The notes below the pieces were generated by a model. That model did no database searches. It was not told the DNA's origin and was given only the letters and a program-made list of their open reading frames with translations. 64,000 bases of DNA from Dehalococcoidia bacterium (GTDB taxonomy: Bacteria > Chloroflexota > Dehalococcoidia > UBA6926): contig CAXXET010000004.1 of assembly GCA_963666115.2 (NCBI GenBank), positions 224,001-288,000 on the forward strand, read 5' to 3'. Position 1 is the first letter of the stretch; each line of letters begins with the position of its first letter. Made by a program: the position numbers and the translations under genes. Shown here one piece after another: positions 1 to 10,099 of this stretch.

Positions 1-705
1 GTAGACTCCCGCGCCAACCGTTCCGTGCTGCCCGCGAAACACGCCGGCGTCCACCGTCCCGCCAACCTCCACCTGGAGGGTATCGAGGAAGTTGTGGGCA
101 TAGCGGTTGGTGTGGAAGCCCACGAGGTCGTAGCCGACAAGTCCTTCAAGGATTTGCCTGGCCCACGGGAGGATGGAGAAGACCTCGGCGGCGGGAAACG
201 GTGTGTGCAGGAAGAAGCCGATCTTGCCCTGCCACCCCATCCGCCGCAGTTCCGAACCCAGCGGGATGAGGTGATAGTCCTGCACCCAGACCACGTCGCC
301 TCCACTAAGGAGGGGGTAGAGGCCCTCCGCGAAACGGCGGTTGACGCGCCGGTAGCCGCGGTAAGCGTCATGGCGGAGTTGGACGAAGTTGGGGAATGCG
401 TGGAGCAGCGGCCACAGCGTCCGGTTGGCGAAGACCGAATAGAACAGGTTCACCTCGTCCGCAGTGAGGTTGAGCGCGCCAACGTCAATCGCGCCGCTGC
501 GGGTTACTTCCGCTTCCCCGGCAAGGCGTCGCTCGGTGGTGGTTCCGCTCCATCCGAACCAGAGGCCGCCGTGCTGCTCCAGCGCAGCCTGGACGGCTGA
601 GACAAGGCCGCCGACGGGCCGGTTTCGCTGGTCGCGGGAGGCATCCGGTAGCGTTGACGCGGGGAGGCGGTTGGACACGACGACAAGGCGCTGTATCTGT
701 TGCAT
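1..705 (-). CDS. otsA: Trehalose-6-phosphate synthase, 5' part (runs off the window edge)
   Basis: Not in the ORF track. Manual minus-strand translation from ATG 705 gives MQQIQRLVVVSNRLP...GGLVSAV...GGLWFGWSG...LWPLLH...WVQDYHL...GFFLHTPFP, the GT20/OtsA motifs. The + ORF 25..600 is its antisense shadow. Confidence 0.93.
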   Translation of the reverse strand, partial: MQQIQRLVVVSNRLPASTLPDASRDQRNRPVGGLVSAVQAALEQHGGLWFGWSGTTTERRLAGEAEVTRSGAIDVGALNLTADEVNLFYSVFANRTLWPLLHAFPNFVQLRHDAYRGYRRVNRRFAEGLYPLLSGGDVVWVQDYHLIPLGSELRRMGWQGKIGFFLHTPFPAAEVFSILPWARQILEGLVGYDLVGFHTNRYAHNFLDTLQVEVGGTVDAGVFRGQHGTVGAGVY

Positions 706-772
706 CGCCTTGCCCCCTAGCCCCACCCGGAAGACCGGCCCAACGCCGCGATGTACCGCGCGGCGTGCTTTA

Positions 773-801
773 AGGGTAGCCGTCGTGGAATACGGGGTCA
801 A
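773..801 (-). promoter_or_regulatory. Putative sigma70 promoter for otsA
   Basis: TTGACC-N17-TACCCT on the minus strand, about 70 nt upstream of the otsA ATG. Confidence 0.45.
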
Positions 802-820
802 ACGGGGGGGCTTTGGCGGG

Positions 821-849
821 GTTCACCCTTCGACAGGCTCAGGGTGAAC
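821..849 (+). repeat. REP-like palindrome, family A, copy 1
   Basis: GTTCACCCT-TCGACAGGCTC-AGGGTGAAC hairpin; the core recurs at 32194, 33251 and 54448. Confidence 0.85.
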
Positions 850-925
850 GGGATGGGCGTGCTACACTTTGGCATTGGGCGGGACGCAGATGCGGCGGAA
901 TGCTGCGCTTTACGGGGGAAGGGCT

Positions 926-1726
926 ATGCCGGAGAGCAAGTTTGTCGATATCCAAGGCCTCAAGATGCACTATCTTGAATGGGGCGACCCATCCAATCCC
1001 GATCTCCTCCTCGTGCATGGGTGGACGGGACTGGGGGCTTCGTGGGCAGCCGTTGCGGAGGCGTTCCAGGACCGGTATCACGTCATTGCGCCGGACAATC
1101 GTGGGCATGGGCAGACTGACAAGCCGGTGACGGGCTATATGCTGCGCGATTTTGCCACGGACATCGCGGAGTTGATCGACACCCTCGGTCTTGAAAAGCC
1201 CGCGTACGTCGGCCATTCCTGGGGCGGCAACATCGGCACGATCATGGCCTCCGATTTCGCGGACAAGATCTGCTGCGCGTTCCTTGAAGACCCCGTGTAC
1301 TGGAAGATGGTGAACGTCCACGTGACCAGCCTTCAGCAGGCGCTTGCCCGCCACAACAGGCCGGAGGCGGATATCCGGGCCGAGGCCAAAGAGCAGGGCA
1401 TGTCCGAACAAGAAGCCGATGAGCTTGTGTACCGCCACCATCACTTCTCGCCGCACGCGGTCACACGGCTGCTGACCGACAACCGCCAGTGGGCGTTCCG
1501 CTGCGAGGATCATATGCGCCGCATCGCCGTGCCCACTCTGGTGCTGGTGGCGGACATCAACGCGGGCGGCTACATGATGCCGGAGGAGCTTGAGTACTAC
1601 CGCAGCATCGCCACGCCTGACCTGGACTTCCGACTGTGGCCGGACGTGGGGCACGGGATGCGCGCGGCACGCCCTGAGCAATACAACCAAGAGCTTGACG
1701 AGTTCCTCACGAGCTGCGGCGCTTGA
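926..1726 (+). CDS. Alpha/beta fold hydrolase
   Basis: HGW, PDNRGHG, GHSWGG nucleophile elbow and C-terminal GH; start MPESKF after a G-rich RBS. Confidence 0.9.
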   Translation: MPESKFVDIQGLKMHYLEWGDPSNPDLLLVHGWTGLGASWAAVAEAFQDRYHVIAPDNRGHGQTDKPVTGYMLRDFATDIAELIDTLGLEKPAYVGHSWGGNIGTIMASDFADKICCAFLEDPVYWKMVNVHVTSLQQALARHNRPEADIRAEAKEQGMSEQEADELVYRHHHFSPHAVTRLLTDNRQWAFRCEDHMRRIAVPTLVLVADINAGGYMMPEELEYYRSIATPDLDFRLWPDVGHGMRAARPEQYNQELDEFLTSCGA

Positions 1727-2985
1727 GCAGCACGGCGCCATTTTCGATAGCTGAGGACGAAACCGAAGCAACTTCGCGTTTCCGCACGTTCCGCTCGCTC
1801 CGCAACCCGGTCTTCCGCCGCCTCTGGATGGCGGGCTGGGTGTGGTATGTGAACCGCATGATGGAGATGGCGGTTCTGTCATGGCTGGTGTTGGAACTGA
1901 CAGACTCGCCAACACAGGTGGCGCTCGTCGGCGTGTTCCGCATGGCGCCCATGTTCATTCTCGGGCTGGTGGCGGGGAGCGTCTCAGACCGTTTCCCGCG
2001 CAAGTACGTGATGATCTCAACGCAGGTCGTCAACGTGGTGGTCGTTGGCGGGATGCTCGCCGTTCTCCTGGGCGGGGACGTCGAGCCGTGGCACGCATAT
2101 CTCGCGACGTTTCTGACAGGCTCGGCCTGGGCAGTCGATTTCTCGGCGCGGCGCGCCTACTTTGCCGAGATATTCCGGGGCGACGCCCTTACGAACGCGA
2201 TCTCACTGGATGTCGTCGCGTTGACGGGCAGCAGCATCGTCGGGCCGCTGTTCGCAGGGACGATCATCGAACTGGTCGACTTCTCGGGCTCGTATGCGCT
2301 GATGTTGGGACTGTACGCGGCGGCGGGCTGGGTGCTGTTCTTCATCCCGAAAACTGACTCGATGGGCGCGGAAAAGACGCCCGTGCTGCGGCACTTAAAG
2401 GAATCGGTGACGGCGCTGGCAACCAACAGGGCGCTCGTGGCCGCCCTGACCATCACGGTCAGCCTCAACTTCTTCGGATTCCCCTTCCTGACGATGGTGC
2501 CGGTGATCGGGCGCGACGTGCTGGGCGCGAATGCGTTTCTGTACGGGATATTGGCGGGCGCGGCGGGAATCGGCTCGCTGACGGGGGCGATCATCATCGC
2601 GTCGCGCCAGATACGGAGCCATGGGCAGGTCTATTCGCTTGGCTCAGCGTTCATGCTGGGGATGCTGGTGCTGTTCTCGCTTTCCGAGTGGTACGGGGTT
2701 TCCCTTGTTCTGCTGATGGTGGCGGGCCTGGGCATGGCCGGCTTTGCCACGATGCAGCCGACAATCGCCCTCCGTGCCGTCAGCCCTGAAATGCGAGGAC
2801 GCGCCATGGGCGCAATCGCCCTCGGAATAGGCGCAAGCCCCCTGGGAATGCTAACGGTAGGCTGGCTGGCAGAACCCGACCTCCTCGGCCCTCAAATGGC
2901 CCTAGCAGTCCTAACAGGAACAGGCTTCGTCGTAGTAATGATTCTGCGCCTCCTACTGCCGGAACTACGGGCGCAGAGGGGTTAG
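1723..2985 (+). CDS. MFS transporter
   Basis: About 12 hydrophobic segments; GSVSDRFPRK motif A; start overlaps the upstream stop. Confidence 0.88.
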   Translation: MSSTAPFSIAEDETEATSRFRTFRSLRNPVFRRLWMAGWVWYVNRMMEMAVLSWLVLELTDSPTQVALVGVFRMAPMFILGLVAGSVSDRFPRKYVMISTQVVNVVVVGGMLAVLLGGDVEPWHAYLATFLTGSAWAVDFSARRAYFAEIFRGDALTNAISLDVVALTGSSIVGPLFAGTIIELVDFSGSYALMLGLYAAAGWVLFFIPKTDSMGAEKTPVLRHLKESVTALATNRALVAALTITVSLNFFGFPFLTMVPVIGRDVLGANAFLYGILAGAAGIGSLTGAIIIASRQIRSHGQVYSLGSAFMLGMLVLFSLSEWYGVSLVLLMVAGLGMAGFATMQPTIALRAVSPEMRGRAMGAIALGIGASPLGMLTVGWLAEPDLLGPQMALAVLTGTGFVVVMILRLLLPELRAQRG

Positions 2986-4073
2986 CTTTCTCGCGCGCCT
3001 TCTTGGTCAAGGAGACTCTTCTTGCGTTCGGGGCCGAGGGCGTACCCGCCGAGTGTGCCGTCAGTTCGCACGACGCGGTGGCACGGAACGACGATGGGCG
3101 TTGGGTTTTTCGCGCAGGCGTTGGCGACGGCGCGCGTTGCGCTAGGCTCCCCAATCTCTTCCGCAACCTGCGAGTACGTGCGGGTTTCCCCGCGCGGAAT
3201 GCGGCGGAGGGCTTCCCACACGCGGCGCTGGAAAGCCGTGCCGCGCACGTCCAAGGGCAGATCGCCTGCCGTGTCCGGCGTCTCGCCGCAGACAATGTCG
3301 GCGACGACGGCGGCCCACGATGCAATGCGCCCCTCATCCCGCCTAAACGAAGCATTCGGAAACTCCGATGCCAGCGTTGCCTCATGCGCCGCGTCATCAT
3401 CGGCCAGCGAAATCCGACACACCCCCTTCTCCGTCCCCGCCACCAGCAGACGCCCAAGCGGACTGTCAACAATGGCATACGAAATAGAGACCCCTGCCCC
3501 GCCATTGCGGTACTGCCCCGGCGTCATGCCAAGGCGGGCGTCCGAGGATTCATAGAGCCTGCTGGGAGAGCCGAACCCGCTGTCATAGAGCGCGGACGTC
3601 ACGTCATGGCCGTTGCGCGCGCCGTCCTTGAATCGCTCAAGCCGGCGCTGCTCCGCGTACTGGCGCGGGGTGATGCCAACGATCATCTTGAAGGAGCGGC
3701 GGAGGGTGTGGTCGGTGACGCCGACAATGCGGGCAAGCGCGGCAACAGTTAGCGGCTGATCGGGCGGAGCGTCGATAAGTTCGCACGCCCGCGTGACCAC
3801 GGCGACGGCGCGGGTATGGGGGCCGCCCTCATCAGGCCGGCAGCGTTTGCAGGGGCGGTAGCCGGCGGCGCGGGCCTCGGCTATCTCGTCAAAGAACTCG
3901 ATGTTCTTGCGGAGGACGGGCGCTCCCCGACAGGTTGTAAGGCAATAGACGCCCGTCGTCTTGACGCCAAACGTGAACGCGGTCTCATACGCGGGATCGT
4001 GGTTCTGGATGGCCTCCCAGCGTTCGTCCGCGAGCGCGTTCTGTGCTGTGTTGCGTTCGATTGTTGCTGTCAT
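2982..4073 (-). CDS. ada: Bifunctional Ada transcriptional activator / O6-methylguanine-DNA methyltransferase
   Basis: Zn site TTGVYCLTTC...RPCKRC, AraC-type HTH, C-terminal PCHRV active site. Confidence 0.93.
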   Translation of the reverse strand: MTATIERNTAQNALADERWEAIQNHDPAYETAFTFGVKTTGVYCLTTCRGAPVLRKNIEFFDEIAEARAAGYRPCKRCRPDEGGPHTRAVAVVTRACELIDAPPDQPLTVAALARIVGVTDHTLRRSFKMIVGITPRQYAEQRRLERFKDGARNGHDVTSALYDSGFGSPSRLYESSDARLGMTPGQYRNGGAGVSISYAIVDSPLGRLLVAGTEKGVCRISLADDDAAHEATLASEFPNASFRRDEGRIASWAAVVADIVCGETPDTAGDLPLDVRGTAFQRRVWEALRRIPRGETRTYSQVAEEIGEPSATRAVANACAKNPTPIVVPCHRVVRTDGTLGGYALGPERKKSLLDQEGARES

Positions 4074-4167
4074 GTCCCCCGCCCCGTTGGCGTGTAGGTT
4101 TGGTTCAGGGGCATGATGGCAGGCGCTCAACCAGGCCGTCTATCCGATTTCTCTGTGGAGGTCAGAC

Positions 4168-5706
4168 CTACCCCAAACTCTGGTAGTGGTACATCGGCTG
4201 CTCAGGCACACGCCAATCTGCGTAATACTCGCGCAAATACGGCTCCAGCCGCGCCGCGAGGCTTCGGCGGTTGGTAAGGTCATCAGGCGCGGGCGTGCCC
4301 AGTTCCTCGCGGACGGCCTCGATCACATCCTCTGCGGGAATCGTGAGGAGTTTGCGGTCCTGCAGAATGGTCTTGCCCTCGACGATCACGGTCTCAACGT
4401 CCGTGGCGCGGGCGCGTGAGACGAGGACATCCAGCACATCGAGGTTCTCGGCGACGTATGGCGTAGAAATCCGGTCCCAGTCGAGCAAAACCATGTCGGC
4501 GCGCTTGCCAACCTCAAGGGAGCCGATCAATTCCTCGCCGAACGTGGTCTCATACGCGCCGCCCAGCGTGGCCATGTGGAGAACCTGGTGGGACGTGAGG
4601 TGGGGCACGTCAAGGCCGGGGGGACGGTGCAGGCGCGTTGCGAGCGCCATTTCCTGGAAGTGGTCGTCATCATCGTTGATGGACGTGCTGTCCGTGCCGA
4701 GAGCGACGTGTACCCCCTGCCGGTGCATTTCAAGGACGGGCGCGATGCCGCTGCGGAGCCGCAGGTTGGAACTCGGGTTGTGGCTGATGCTGGTCCCGGT
4801 TTCGGCGAGAATCGCGATGTCCTCAGACGTCAGCCAGACACAGTGGGCAAGGGATGTCCTGGGGCCGAGGAATCCAAGCTCGTTGAACCGCTGCACGGGA
4901 GTTTGGCCGTGGAGCCGCTCAGCGTAGAGCCTCTGGTAGTAGCTTTCGACGCAGTGGGTATGGAGGCCGACATTCGCGGCGCGGGCCAGGTCTGCGATTT
5001 GCGCCAGCGTGTCCTCATCCGCCCAGTGGTACGCCTGTGGGCTGTAGAGCAGCCGCACCATGTTGGTGGAATCGGCGGGGTAGTCGCGGATCAGGTCGGC
5101 GGTCATGGCCAGGTAGTCTTCAGTGGACAGGATGGAGCTGTCGATGATGCCGCGGACGCCGCCGGCGAGGTCGTCCGGCATCTTGCTCAGGACATCCTCA
5201 TCGTTGCCGTACACCAGGTAGCACTGGTTCTTGAACGCGAGGGAAAACGCCGTCCGAACACCGGCCTGGGCAAAAGCGCGGAGGTTGGCCTGGGCCTCGT
5301 CCCAGACCATGCGGCGGGCCGTGGCGGACTGGTTGAACATGACGGTGGTGACGCCGGAGCGGACGAGGTTGAGGAGCGTGTAGAGCATCATGTTGAACGG
5401 CTCCACCGCGCGGCGCCCCCACGAGTGGTTGATCCACGTTTCAAGGCCGCCGTCCGGCTGGCCGAGCAGGAGTCCCGAGAGGCCCCGGCCATGGTGGTGG
5501 GCGTTGACCATGCCGGGCATGAGGAACTGGCGGCCGTTGCCGACGACGTCCGCGTCCGGGTACCGGGAACGGAGGCCGTCGTAGGCGCCCACGGCGACAA
5601 TCTCCCCATCCGTCTGCGCCACTGCGCCGTCTGTCAAAAGAACGCTGTCGCCGTCAAGATCGGCGCGGACGAGGACGTGCTTGCCGCGCGTGATGGTGGT
5701 TGTCAT
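4168..5706 (-). CDS. Amidohydrolase family protein (MtaD/AtzA/SsnA-like)
   Basis: PGMVNAHHH, HTHCVE, AHCVW, HNPSSN, LGTD and GKRAD motifs. Confidence 0.9.
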   Translation of the reverse strand: MTTTITRGKHVLVRADLDGDSVLLTDGAVAQTDGEIVAVGAYDGLRSRYPDADVVGNGRQFLMPGMVNAHHHGRGLSGLLLGQPDGGLETWINHSWGRRAVEPFNMMLYTLLNLVRSGVTTVMFNQSATARRMVWDEAQANLRAFAQAGVRTAFSLAFKNQCYLVYGNDEDVLSKMPDDLAGGVRGIIDSSILSTEDYLAMTADLIRDYPADSTNMVRLLYSPQAYHWADEDTLAQIADLARAANVGLHTHCVESYYQRLYAERLHGQTPVQRFNELGFLGPRTSLAHCVWLTSEDIAILAETGTSISHNPSSNLRLRSGIAPVLEMHRQGVHVALGTDSTSINDDDDHFQEMALATRLHRPPGLDVPHLTSHQVLHMATLGGAYETTFGEELIGSLEVGKRADMVLLDWDRISTPYVAENLDVLDVLVSRARATDVETVIVEGKTILQDRKLLTIPAEDVIEAVREELGTPAPDDLTNRRSLAARLEPYLREYYADWRVPEQPMYHYQSLG

Positions 5707-5734
5707 TTTCTCCTCCACTACCCGGCCGTCCGCG

Positions 5735-6190
5735 CTAGCGCCCGATTGTGGCAACAAGCCGCACGAAATCGTGGCGTGTGATGATGCCGATGAGCTTGTC
5801 GTCGCGGACGACGGGAAGCCGCTTGAGCCGCCGCTGGTGCATGATGCGCACGACGTCTTCCACCGCCGTGCCCTCCCTGACGGTCACGACAGGCGTGGAC
5901 ATGACCTGCGAGACAAGCGTGTCGCCCATCGCCGCGTGGAGGTCGCCAATCTCATTTTGATTCCCCACAACGTGGCCGAAAAGCTCAAAAACCGTTCCGT
6001 GCATCCCGGGATCGCGGATGGGCTTCAGGAAGAAGTCCGAGTGGCTCATGATCCCAACGAGATGATCGCGGTCATTCACAACAGGCAGCGCGCTGATGTT
6101 GTGATCGAGCATGATATTGGCGGCATCCACAACCGTCGCGTCGGCCCGAACGGTGTAGACACGGGTTGACATGATTTCTGATGCGTCCAT
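5735..6190 (-). CDS. CBS domain pair protein
   Basis: Two CBS repeats (ISALPVV...LVGIMS; KRLPVVRDDKLIGIITRHD). Confidence 0.88.
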   Translation of the reverse strand: MDASEIMSTRVYTVRADATVVDAANIMLDHNISALPVVNDRDHLVGIMSHSDFFLKPIRDPGMHGTVFELFGHVVGNQNEIGDLHAAMGDTLVSQVMSTPVVTVREGTAVEDVVRIMHQRRLKRLPVVRDDKLIGIITRHDFVRLVATIGR

Positions 6191-6259
6191 TGCCCACTCC
6201 AGTCCCCATCCCCTGCCCTTGCCAGTCAATCATAGCGAATCAATCAGCGGCACGCCCAC

Positions 6260-7057
6260 CTATACACCGGCTATGTCGGTGAGAAACGCGGCGACATCAA
6301 CAGGCGAATCCAGCCGGTACGCTGCCTCAGTATCGTGGTCAGGCCCGCCCACGAAGATTGAGAGGCCGCCTGAGACATTGACTTCCCGAAAGGCGTCTTC
6401 GTCCGTTGTGTCGTCGCCGACGTAGACGGGCAACCGCCGCGCCCCTGACGTTCGCTCCAGTGTTTCCAGGATGAAGCGCAGGGCCGCGCCCTTGTCGCGG
6501 GCGGCGGCCGGTCGGATATCAAGCACCTTCTTGCCCTGCACGACGATGATCTTGCCATCAGCGACTGCGCCTGCGGTCGCGTCGCGGACAACCTGCTGCA
6601 CCTGCGCCTCCAAATCCATCGGCGCCATGCGAAAGTGGACGCTCAAGCTCACGCCCTTGTCTTCGACGAACGCCCCGTCAATCTCACCGACTCCCCCCTC
6701 AAGCCCCCGCCGCAAGTCAGCCATGACCAGCCACGCCCGCTCAGCGACACCATCCTCAATCGCCATGCCGGGCACGTCGATCTCCATTCCGTGATTGCCG
6801 GAATAGATCGCCCCTGGAATCCCTGCCCGCCCCCGAACGTCATCAAGCGCCCGCCCGCTCACAATTGCAACGTCGAATCTTGCCAACTCAGCAAGCCGCC
6901 CAAGCGCGTCCGCGCACGCCGGCAGTATGGAAGCGTCCTCCGGGCGGTCAAAGATTGGCGAAAGCGTCCCGTCAAAATCACACGCAATCAGCACGTGGCT
7001 GGCGGTCTGCAAACGGGTCTTCACCTCCGCCCAGTGCTCGAACAACGGCTCTGCCAT
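6260..7057 (-). CDS. otsB: Trehalose-6-phosphate phosphatase
   Basis: HAD motifs DFDGTL, VSGR, GNHGME, EDKG.S.SVHFR, DKG, GDDTTDEDAF. Confidence 0.93.
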   Translation of the reverse strand: MAEPLFEHWAEVKTRLQTASHVLIACDFDGTLSPIFDRPEDASILPACADALGRLAELARFDVAIVSGRALDDVRGRAGIPGAIYSGNHGMEIDVPGMAIEDGVAERAWLVMADLRRGLEGGVGEIDGAFVEDKGVSLSVHFRMAPMDLEAQVQQVVRDATAGAVADGKIIVVQGKKVLDIRPAAARDKGAALRFILETLERTSGARRLPVYVGDDTTDEDAFREVNVSGGLSIFVGGPDHDTEAAYRLDSPVDVAAFLTDIAGV

Positions 7058-7079
7058 GCGCTTGATCCCGCCTGTCCGA

Positions 7080-8336
7080 CTAGGCAGGCCGCTCCGCCTC
7101 CGGCTCGCCCCCGTCCGCCGACGCCCCCCGCGCAGTATCCTGTTGCGCCTCCATCATCGCCCCGCGCAGACCCACGGATTCCGCCGGTTCGTCCCCCATG
7201 TACAGCGTCCGGTGCGGGAAGGGTATCTCAATGCCCTCCTCATCGAAGGCTTTCTTGATGCGAAGGCGGTACTCGCCGGACACCTCCCATTGGCGGATGG
7301 GCAAGACCTCGCCGAGAACCTTAATCTCGATGGCGGAGTCGCCGAAGCTGTCGATGCGCAGGGCCTTGATGGGCTCAAGGAAAACCGGCCCCCATTCCTC
7401 CTCGTCGGCCATCTCCTGCCCCACCCGGTTCAGCACGGCAAAGGCGTGCTCGATGTCGGTCTTGTACGCGACGCCGATGTTCATGTTCACGCGGGACATG
7501 TCCTTCGTGTAATTGGTGGTCGTGGTGATCGTGCCGTTGGGGATGGTGTGCTGCTTGTAGTCAAGGTCACGGAGAAGCGTGCGGCGGAGATTGATGTCCT
7601 CAACCAGTCCGGCGGTGCCCGCGATGCTGACGACATCGCCGATGCGGTATTGATTTTCGAGCGTGATGAATATCCCGCTGAGAACATCGCGAATCAGGTT
7701 CTGCACCGCAAAGCCGACACCGACGGCAATCGCGCCCGCGGCGACCAGGAGCGGAGCGAGGTCGACGCCGATCTGGCTGAGCGCGAGAAAGACGGTTAGC
7801 AGCACGATGGCGGCGCGGGCCGTTCCGACGACGACGTCTGAGAGCGTGTCAATGTTCTTTTGGATTTCTTCTTCAAGGGTGACGTTGGCGCGTGCCCGGA
7901 TATTGGACTCGACAAGGCGCGGCACGCTGAACGTGACGATGCGCATGGCGATGATGCCGCCGATGACGATGAGGATGACCGGGAGGGCGTTATCGACGGC
8001 GGTCTCCAGCGCCCACTGCCCCACCGCAGACATCGACCCCCTGGCGAGGGAGGAGTAGCCAAGCGCGAACGCAGCGGCTATCTCGATTGTGGCGATGACG
8101 ATGATGAGCCATGCCGCCCGCACCACCATTGAACTCAGATCGGCTTGCAGCCACTCGAATCCGCCGGGGAATACCCGGTCAATGGACCGGAGCAATGCCC
8201 TGATGAGAGGAGGAAGCGCCAGCCAGACGGCCAGCATCAGGGCAACCGCCCCGCCGCCCCAGACAGCGATGAATTGCAGGAACGGCCCGGGGTCGTCTAT
8301 GACAGCCTGGAAGTCGGACAGAATCTCCTCAATCAC
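7080..8336 (-). CDS. Small-conductance mechanosensitive channel (YbiO/MscS family)
   Basis: TM helices followed by GFAVQNLIRDVLSG, ENQYRIGD, IPNG, GIEIPFP. Confidence 0.9.
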   Translation of the reverse strand: MIEEILSDFQAVIDDPGPFLQFIAVWGGGAVALMLAVWLALPPLIRALLRSIDRVFPGGFEWLQADLSSMVVRAAWLIIVIATIEIAAAFALGYSSLARGSMSAVGQWALETAVDNALPVILIVIGGIIAMRIVTFSVPRLVESNIRARANVTLEEEIQKNIDTLSDVVVGTARAAIVLLTVFLALSQIGVDLAPLLVAAGAIAVGVGFAVQNLIRDVLSGIFITLENQYRIGDVVSIAGTAGLVEDINLRRTLLRDLDYKQHTIPNGTITTTTNYTKDMSRVNMNIGVAYKTDIEHAFAVLNRVGQEMADEEEWGPVFLEPIKALRIDSFGDSAIEIKVLGEVLPIRQWEVSGEYRLRIKKAFDEEGIEIPFPHRTLYMGDEPAESVGLRGAMMEAQQDTARGASADGGEPEAERPA

Positions 8337-8458
8337 CCGCGATGATCCTCCTCACGCATCAATGTAAGTACCTTCAATGATAGACGCATGCGCTTGACGC
8401 CCCATTGCGCAGGGCACACGCTAGTCAAACACAGGGAGAAGAGGGGGCGCCACATACC

Positions 8459-9337
8459 ATGCGCATTGGTGTTGAACTCGCGGTCCGCACACCGGTCAAC
8501 GAACTGGTGGACTATATCAAGAATTACGATTCCTACGGCTTTGAGCGGATCTGGGTGCCGGACGCGGCCTTCTCGCAATGGGAGGTGTGGACGACGGCGG
8601 CGCTGGCGGCGATGTACACGACCACGGCGCGCATCGGCGTCGGCGTAATGGCGCCGTACCACCGGAATCCGGCTGTCATTGCCCATGCCGCAGCAACGCT
8701 CGATCAGTTGTCCGGCGGGAGAGTTGACCTGTCGATTGGCCGGGGGTCGCGGCCGTATATCGCAAGCATCGACGCGGATCGGCCGGATGAGGCCGTGACG
8801 GAGGCGATCACGATCATCAACGGCCTGCTTTCGGGCGAGACGGTGAGCATGGAGGGGACGGCGTTCACGTTCAGGGATGTCTCACAGCGTGTTCAGCCGG
8901 TCCAGGACCACGTCTCAATCGCCATCGCGTCCATGAGCCGCTATTGGCTGGATATTGCGCGCGATACGGCGGACGGGGTTCACCTGTACACCAGCAACCC
9001 CACCCTGCTGGCCACGGCACAGGAGACGAAACGCGCAGCAAAGAATCCCGATTTTGAGGTCACAACCACCCTGGGGTACGTGGAGCCGGAAGAGGTGCGC
9101 GAGTGGTGGGTCAACAACTTTGGCCGCAACTTCAACTTGCAGCAGTTGTGCGGTCGTGAGCCAAACACGGCGAGCTACGAGGATCTGGCCGCAGAGCTGG
9201 TCTTCACGGATGCCACAAGCCTGCGAGAGCACTTGCAGCGCATGGAATCATTCGGCGTCGATGAACTGATGATTGCGTACCGCCGCGCAGAAGACCTGCC
9301 CGCTATCGCGGAGATGGTGGCAGCGGCGCGGGCGTAA
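8459..9337 (+). CDS. LLM-class flavin/F420-dependent oxidoreductase
   Basis: GFERIWVPD, TTARIGVGV..PYHRNPAVIAHAAATLDQLSGGRVDLSIGRG. Confidence 0.88.
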   Translation: MRIGVELAVRTPVNELVDYIKNYDSYGFERIWVPDAAFSQWEVWTTAALAAMYTTTARIGVGVMAPYHRNPAVIAHAAATLDQLSGGRVDLSIGRGSRPYIASIDADRPDEAVTEAITIINGLLSGETVSMEGTAFTFRDVSQRVQPVQDHVSIAIASMSRYWLDIARDTADGVHLYTSNPTLLATAQETKRAAKNPDFEVTTTLGYVEPEEVREWWVNNFGRNFNLQQLCGREPNTASYEDLAAELVFTDATSLREHLQRMESFGVDELMIAYRRAEDLPAIAEMVAAARA

Positions 9338-9346
9338 GCGGGAAAC

Positions 9347-10099
9347 CTACTCCGAAACAGGCTCGCGTTCGGCGGTTGATTCACGCGTGAGGAGGCCGTC
9401 GCGGAGTTCGAGGATGCGGTCCGCCGCAGTCATGATTGCGCGGTCGTGTGTCGCGGCGATGATCAGGACTCTCTCCTCTTCGACCAGGCTCCTGAACAGC
9501 GAAAAGATGGTCTGGGCGGATACGGAATCGAGTTCGCCCGTCGGCTCATCGGCCATGAGGACGGAAGGGCGCGATGCGATAGCGCGGGCGATGCCGACGC
9601 GCTGCTGTTCGCCGCCGGAGAGTTCATAGGGGCGGTGCCGCATCCTGTGTACGAGGCCCACGCGATCCATCACTTCCCGGGCGCGCTCTTCACGGTCTCT
9701 GCGAGACCAGCCCGAGATTCGCAGCGGGAGTTCCACGTTTTCCGCCGCCGTCAGCAGCGGCATGAGCGAGGACGACTGAAACACGATGCCGACGTGCTGC
9801 CGCCGGAGCGCGGCGCGGCCTTCTTCCGAGAGTCCGTTCAAACGCTGTCCTGCCAGATACGCCTCCCCGGCGGTGGAGCGGTCAAGCCCGGCAAGGATGT
9901 TGAGGAGGGTGGTCTTGCCGGAGCCGGACCTGCCAATCAGGGCGATGAACTCGCCTGCGGCTCCGCTCATGTCAACGCCGCGCAGGGCGTGCAGCCGTTC
10001 TGCGCCAAGCGTGTACACGCGCTCGACGCCTCGCGCCTCGGCAAGAATCGGCGGCCCTGTGCCGTCGTGCGACGCGGTGGCCATGGCCCTAGAACTCAC
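9347..10099 (-). CDS. ABC transporter ATP-binding protein (LolD/MacB type)
   Basis: GRSGSGKT, LSGGEQQR, ADEPTGELD, THD. Confidence 0.92.
   Translation of the reverse strand: MSSRAMATASHDGTGPPILAEARGVERVYTLGAERLHALRGVDMSGAAGEFIALIGRSGSGKTTLLNILAGLDRSTAGEAYLAGQRLNGLSEEGRAALRRQHVGIVFQSSSLMPLLTAAENVELPLRISGWSRRDREERAREVMDRVGLVHRMRHRPYELSGGEQQRVGIARAIASRPSVLMADEPTGELDSVSAQTIFSLFRSLVEEERVLIIAATHDRAIMTAADRILELRDGLLTRESTAEREPVSE

Noticed and set aside
25-600. 191-aa plus-strand ORF
   Set aside because: Antisense shadow of otsA.
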